64,000 bases of DNA, from contig CM060733.1 of assembly GCA_030704615.1 (NCBI GenBank), forward strand, positions 47,988,001 through 48,052,000. The letters run 5' to 3'. The DNA comes from Takakia lepidozioides. Taxonomy: Eukaryota > Plantae > Bryophyta. Numbering within the stretch: the first letter of the stretch is position 1; every line of letters starts with the position of its first letter. The notes below the pieces were generated by a model. It was not told where the DNA came from. It worked only from the letters and a program-made list of their open reading frames with translations, and did no database searches. Made by a program: the position numbers and the translations under genes. Shown here piece by piece: positions 59,040 through 64,000 of this stretch.

Positions 59040-60686
59040 TCAGGTGGCCGCCGCAGCTTCAGGTGGCAAAAAGGGGTTGGGAATTTCATCAGTTCCATCT
59101 GTGGGCGCCACCAGCATCACAGCCGTTCCTCTACACACCTGCCAAGCCAAACAGATGTCTTCCTTAGCTAACAAAGAAACCTAAAATGATCACAAAAACT
59201 CTAGAATCCAAGGTATATCCTTTCACTGCTAAAAAACAATAAACATTTCACAACCTTTTATCCTCCAGCAAAGAGGGAGCCGCTTACTCGAAGGCTAGTA
59301 AAGATCGAGAACATAATTTGGGAAAGACCATATTTCTTGAGTTAAGAGAAAATACAATTCAGTTATCAAATAGCATGAAGGGGGAACTGTGAGAATGGAA
59401 GAAACAGGCTAGAAGACTCACGATTAAACCCAGAGGTCTCGTCTGGTCAGTTGTCTTCAGAGGATCATCTTGATCTACAGACAGACCCACAGTCATGCAC
59501 AACGCATTGATGTCAGCACTTCCGGGCTTGCCGAGGTATTGGGAATATGATGCAGCAAGATACAGGCACCATCTCACTCTCTCTGTGTTTCTTCTTCAGT
59601 AGCAGGAATCATTCCATGCATGGATGCACAATCACAAAGAATGGAATGTGGAAGCCTCCATCAAATTTTGTACATAGCCTGGTGTGAGTGACCACACAAA
59701 ACGCTACTCCAGACCCAACAGTCCAGCAAAAAAACCATAGGAAGAAACAAACGACAAAATGTGATTGCAGAGAGTAGGATCAAGAAGATACCCCTCAAGT
59801 TCTCAAGCGCTTCATCCAACACCAAATTCAGCAGCTGATCATAACCCTTCAACGTTCCTGTCACTGGGCACAACAGTGAGGCACACCTATGTCAACATGC
59901 CACCATCCGTTTTATCAGACACTAGTGTATACTAAAACTTATTCATTACACCTGCACCATTGCCAAAGGGAAGGGTAAAACCATGGGGAGCTCCCCTTGA
60001 CCTGGCATATAAACACCAAACAACATTTATACTCAAGTTTGGTGCAGAGCTCCACTACAAGAGGTAGAGACTGCAATGACAGTAGGCTTGCACCTTGTGA
60101 TCATTTAGCATGCGGCATTCTGAAACAATATGAACAATCTCTGCCAACAATTTTCGGAACAAACGGAACACACCTTGACGACCACCACTCAATTTCACAG
60201 ATACACCTTTGTCCACAAATTTGGACAAGTCCAGTACGGTCTCCTTTCTTCCTGACTGCAATACCCACTAGATTATCATCAGGTTTGAAACATTCTAGAA
60301 AAAAACGTGACACCCAACAAGAAAGGTAGAAGGAACCATAAACCCTTCCTCCCAGATCTCCTAAACCCCTAATTGCACTAAAAAAAAAATGATGGGGGCA
60401 TAACTGTTACTCACTTTCTAGCTATGTTCACATTTGGGGCATAACTCAGACTAACCACTCACTACGCCCAACTGAAACCAGTCGCCTGTCAAGCAAGCCT
60501 CCATCCCAAAACATCCTATGCGTAGTACGTTCTACATATGACTAAGCTGAAAATCCCACGTTAAAAAATCTCAATCAATGGCTCAGTTTCCTGCGAAACC
60601 TAAAGATGCTAAGGTGTCCGTCACAGTAGCCCCAATGCGATGCACACTCCATTTCTATAGCTGGAAAGTAGTTAGCTGTGCACCAT
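59040..60686 (-). CDS. LSM7: Sm-like protein LSM7 (multi-exon)
   Basis: Exons SGRKETVLDLSKFVDKGVSVKLSGGRQ, VTGTLKGYDQLLNLVLDEALENLR, DQDDPLKTTDQTRPLGLI and VCRGTAVMLVAPTDGTDEIPNPF. The start ATG at 60686, followed by GT, is tentative. Confidence 0.92.
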
Positions 60687-61150
60687 GTCCTACTTTCTTT
60701 GGCGCTTCGAGAAACCATGTGTCCACGAAGAAATAAGGAGAAGAGACGGTGTTATACTCGAAACAACGCAGGCAGGGAGAGGACCAAGAAGGTGTAAGAC
60801 AGCAATACCACCACAGATGGACGAAAAGATTTATAGGGAGGAAACACGTACCATTGTGAAAAATCAATGCCAGAAAAAATCACTCCCTGTGAAGTGCGAT
60901 TGAGAAAGAGAGACAGAGAGACAGAAGCGAACTTTGAGGTCAACCCTGATCACCAATATGGACGAAATGCTTCCATTCGTCCACATTTACGACGAACGAT
61001 TTTTCAAATGAAGGATAAATAAATCATCAGATTGATCGAAAGGTCATTCTGAGAAAACAATGAAACGAAAAAACACTAATCGTTCTACTATGAACGAGAA
61101 CTGATGGACGATAAGCTCCTGCAAAACATGCACACTCTACTCCCTTTCAG

Positions 61151-61152
<2 letters not shown>

Positions 61153-61194
<42 letters not shown>
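61153..61194 (+). repeat. (CT)n microsatellite in the 5' region of the HP30-like gene
   Basis: About 21 perfect CT units. Confidence 0.95.
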
Positions 61195-61197
<3 letters not shown>

Positions 61198-61232
61198 GTT
61201 GTCTCGGGTGGCTGGGGTAAAAGGAGGAGCAG

Positions 61233-63827
61233 ATGATGCAGACCAGCAAGACACCAGGCAGGAGTTCGGCGATGGTGGCGGCCAATCCTGTGCAGGTAGT
61301 GCAAGCACGGGTGAAGCAGTTAGATGCGCAAGTTAAGGCTTGGTTACGGCAGCAGAATGCGGCCGTGGAGGTGGCTGTGGTGACAGCGGGCAGCGCAGTA
61401 CAGGGGGGTGTCATTGGTGCTCTCATGGGGACCTTCACAGCGGATATGGCGTCCTCCTTGCCCACTGCTGGGCCGGGTCTTAACGCACAAACCGCGGCCT
61501 CCCTCCAGCAGGCCAAGGTATTAATCTTAGCAATCTTGTTTGGGTTATGTCATTTTGGTTACATGTGCCCTAATGGATTTATAGCTCTTTCGTCGTTCGG
61601 TGCATGGCTGTCTTCTGATCTCCTGGGATTGTGTTGTTATTTCTTGATCGATTGGTGTCCCGTCATGGCCTTCAATCCTCATACTGTGCTTGTTGCTTTT
61701 AAGTTTCTGTCGTATCCTTTTCTCTCAATTTTGTTGAGTAGGTCATCGTATTACAGACAGATTAGGGTTTTACAGCTTTCTTCATAAGCCCGGTGGTCTC
61801 TCTCTCACACGCACGCACGCACACACACAGAGATGACACTCAGAGAAATGACGTAACACCCACCGAACAGTACAATCTCAAGCTCGTCAATGAGGTTTGG
61901 GTGCTGAAGAGGCTCGAGCCTAGAAGAGATTTGCACGTAAGGTATTTCATTAGTGGGGTTTTACTTGCAGACACTGTAACAACATTAGAGGACATGTTTC
62001 GCTTTGCCCTTGAGCAGTCTCTGGCAACAACATTCAGGGACTGCAGTTAACTGCAGCCCAAGTATTTCGCATTTTGTCTTCTGAATTCTGGACTAAGCTG
62101 GACCAAAGTATGCCCTATACTGGATGAGCTTGAGCCCCAGATGGCACTCCTCTTTTGTGTCGGCCTCCCAAGTTCCCCCTCTCGAAGGAGCACCAGTTGT
62201 ATCTTTAAGTGGTGCTACTTAGTCGGGTGCATCACCCATTTGTAATCAAAGATTGTAAGCACATTGATGTCAAAGAATTTGTGAATTGAATGGATTGGGT
62301 GAAGGGCCCACTGCAGTCGGAAGACTGAAACAAGGATTCCAGCTTACATTTCCTTTCATCTGAAAAAACAGTTGTTTATGTGTATTTAGCCGACATTGGT
62401 CTGAGAAGACTATCCTATTGTGGAGGAAAGTAATGTGCTTCTGTCTACAGTTCGTGGTAGATGACCAAAACCTTGGCAGGTTGACTTCTGACTAGGGTTT
62501 CCAACTTGCAGGTATTGGCATTTTGTGTTTTGTCTACTGAAGCAGAAATAAGCATTTGCAAACTGCCAGAACTTTGGATTCCTTTGTGATGAATGAGTTG
62601 TCGTTGGGTGTTTGCAATGTTATTATCTATTTGGGGACGAAACAGAGTGGGCAGGAGGCCCAGAAGTGGCGTAGAGAGGAGATAGGTGCAGGAGAGCACA
62701 GGCTAAATAGAGGGAGGTCTGTGGCAGGCGTTTGCAGGAGGTCCCATGATGCAGGCACGCAATTTTGCAGTGATGACAGGTGTCAATGCAGGCCTTACCT
62801 GTGCAATGAAGCGCCTTCGTGGTGGTGTGGAAGATGCCCAAACAAGGTGCCCTTCTCTTTTTTGGCCACTGAAACCTCGCCCCTAATAATAAGGCCGTAC
62901 AGACATGCAGACATAGATGTTAACAAAAAATTAGTTTATGTATGAAGAAGCTCATGGTGTCAAGGGGAGGACAACATCAGGAGTGAGTCCTTGCACTGTC
63001 TGAATTTATTGGGATGGTCAAAGTTGGAAGAATAAGATGGTAACCTCGCATGGCTATCGGTAGGCAGCTCTGGCACATGTGGTGACGTGATGTGTGGGGT
63101 GCAGCATGGTAGCAGCATTTGGTTCAGGAGCAGTGTTCTCAGCAGTGAGTGGGATGGGTAGCCCTAACTTGGTCGGCAATGCTGTCACCACCGGGGTCTT
63201 CTTTGCTCTGATTCAAGTTGGCTTATACAAGGTAAGCTGTGCTTTTACATGGCAAAGCGACAAAGCAGCTTCTACCTTCTAGGGTCTTTTTGGAAAGGTT
63301 GTTAAGGTGTTTTTCCAGTTGTCAGTGACTCTTAGGCGCCTATGTTACTGTGATTAGGACCACTGCCCATGCTACTGATGGATCCCATGGTGCAAAATGA
63401 CAGACATAAGAAATTGTTTGCTGGTGCAACTGTTGTTCAGTGTCCGGTTGCATTTGATGGGACCCATGTGAATTAATGACTTCAATGTTAATGCTTTTAG
63501 GATGATAGTGACATGTTGATGTCCCCTTAAAGATGGTGGAACTCCAATAACTATCTGGTGTCTGAGAGAACTGCTTTCCCACGATCATCTGCAGCATGGA
63601 ATATGCCAGTATTCCTGAGTGCTTTGAAAAGTACCACAAAGGGGTGAAAAAGGGTTGGGTGTGGATGGGTGGAAGCAGGTGGGGCAGACCTTCTCACAAA
63701 CTCCAGTAGAGGATAAGCTATATTCTCAAGGGAGAAGCATGCTAAAGGACCTTGGTCTTCAGAAGTATGAGAAAAACTTCAAGAAGGGCTTGCTCACTGA
63801 TCCAACTCTCCCTCTCTTGAATGATAG
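61233..63827 (+). CDS. Tim17/PRAT-family organellar translocase HP30/Tric-like with SAM domain; 3' end runs beyond the window
   Basis: Exons NPVQVVQARVKQL..VEVAVVTAGSAVQGGVIGALMGTF (61233-61517), AFAGGPMMQARNFAVMTGVNAG (~62725-62846), MVAAFGSGAVFSAVSG (~63105-63231) and LGLQKYEKNFKKGLLTDPTLPLLND (~63750-63827). Confidence 0.88.
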
Positions 63828-64000
63828 GTTTGTCTCTCCTCTCTTTCCAAGGTGGCAGTGTTTGGGCTTGACAGTCTTATGTCCTCTCTCTCCCATATCC
63901 CCAGGGTCTGCAATGATATTTTTAATGATACCACCAAGTGATACTTCTCTGTATCTCCACATGTTACTCAATGCCTCATGTGTTGTGAAGCTCTTGGGAT

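Overview
Eukaryotic, intron-containing land-plant DNA. The PLS-type PPR style and gene content suggest a non-seed plant such as a bryophyte or lycophyte (inference). The first ~43.6 kb is a transposon and pseudogene zone. It holds three copies of a duplicated F-box unit, a 12.3-kb Ty3/Gypsy retrotransposon, an 11.3-kb hAT-type element containing an internally inverted L1 LINE (itself containing a DNA transposon), a frameshifted PPR gene and an inserted O-fucosyltransferase gene fragment. The rest is a housekeeping cluster: PTB3-like, PUS1/TruA-like, LSM7 and HP30/Tric-like. The standout is the Gypsy element (5985-18297, minus strand). Its polyprotein frame has a complete DNMT3-like C5 cytosine methyltransferase between protease and reverse transcriptase, and a PHD finger follows the integrase. 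Instead of two ordinary LTRs it has split direct repeats (A1-ORFs-B1-A2-B2) with an internal palindromic end-to-end junction (GACA-GC-TGTC), yet it encodes a DDE integrase and has a 4-bp target-site duplication. A UAG-CAA-CCA readthrough-type stop separates the methyltransferase from RT. All alignments and counts were done by eye; no database searches were run.
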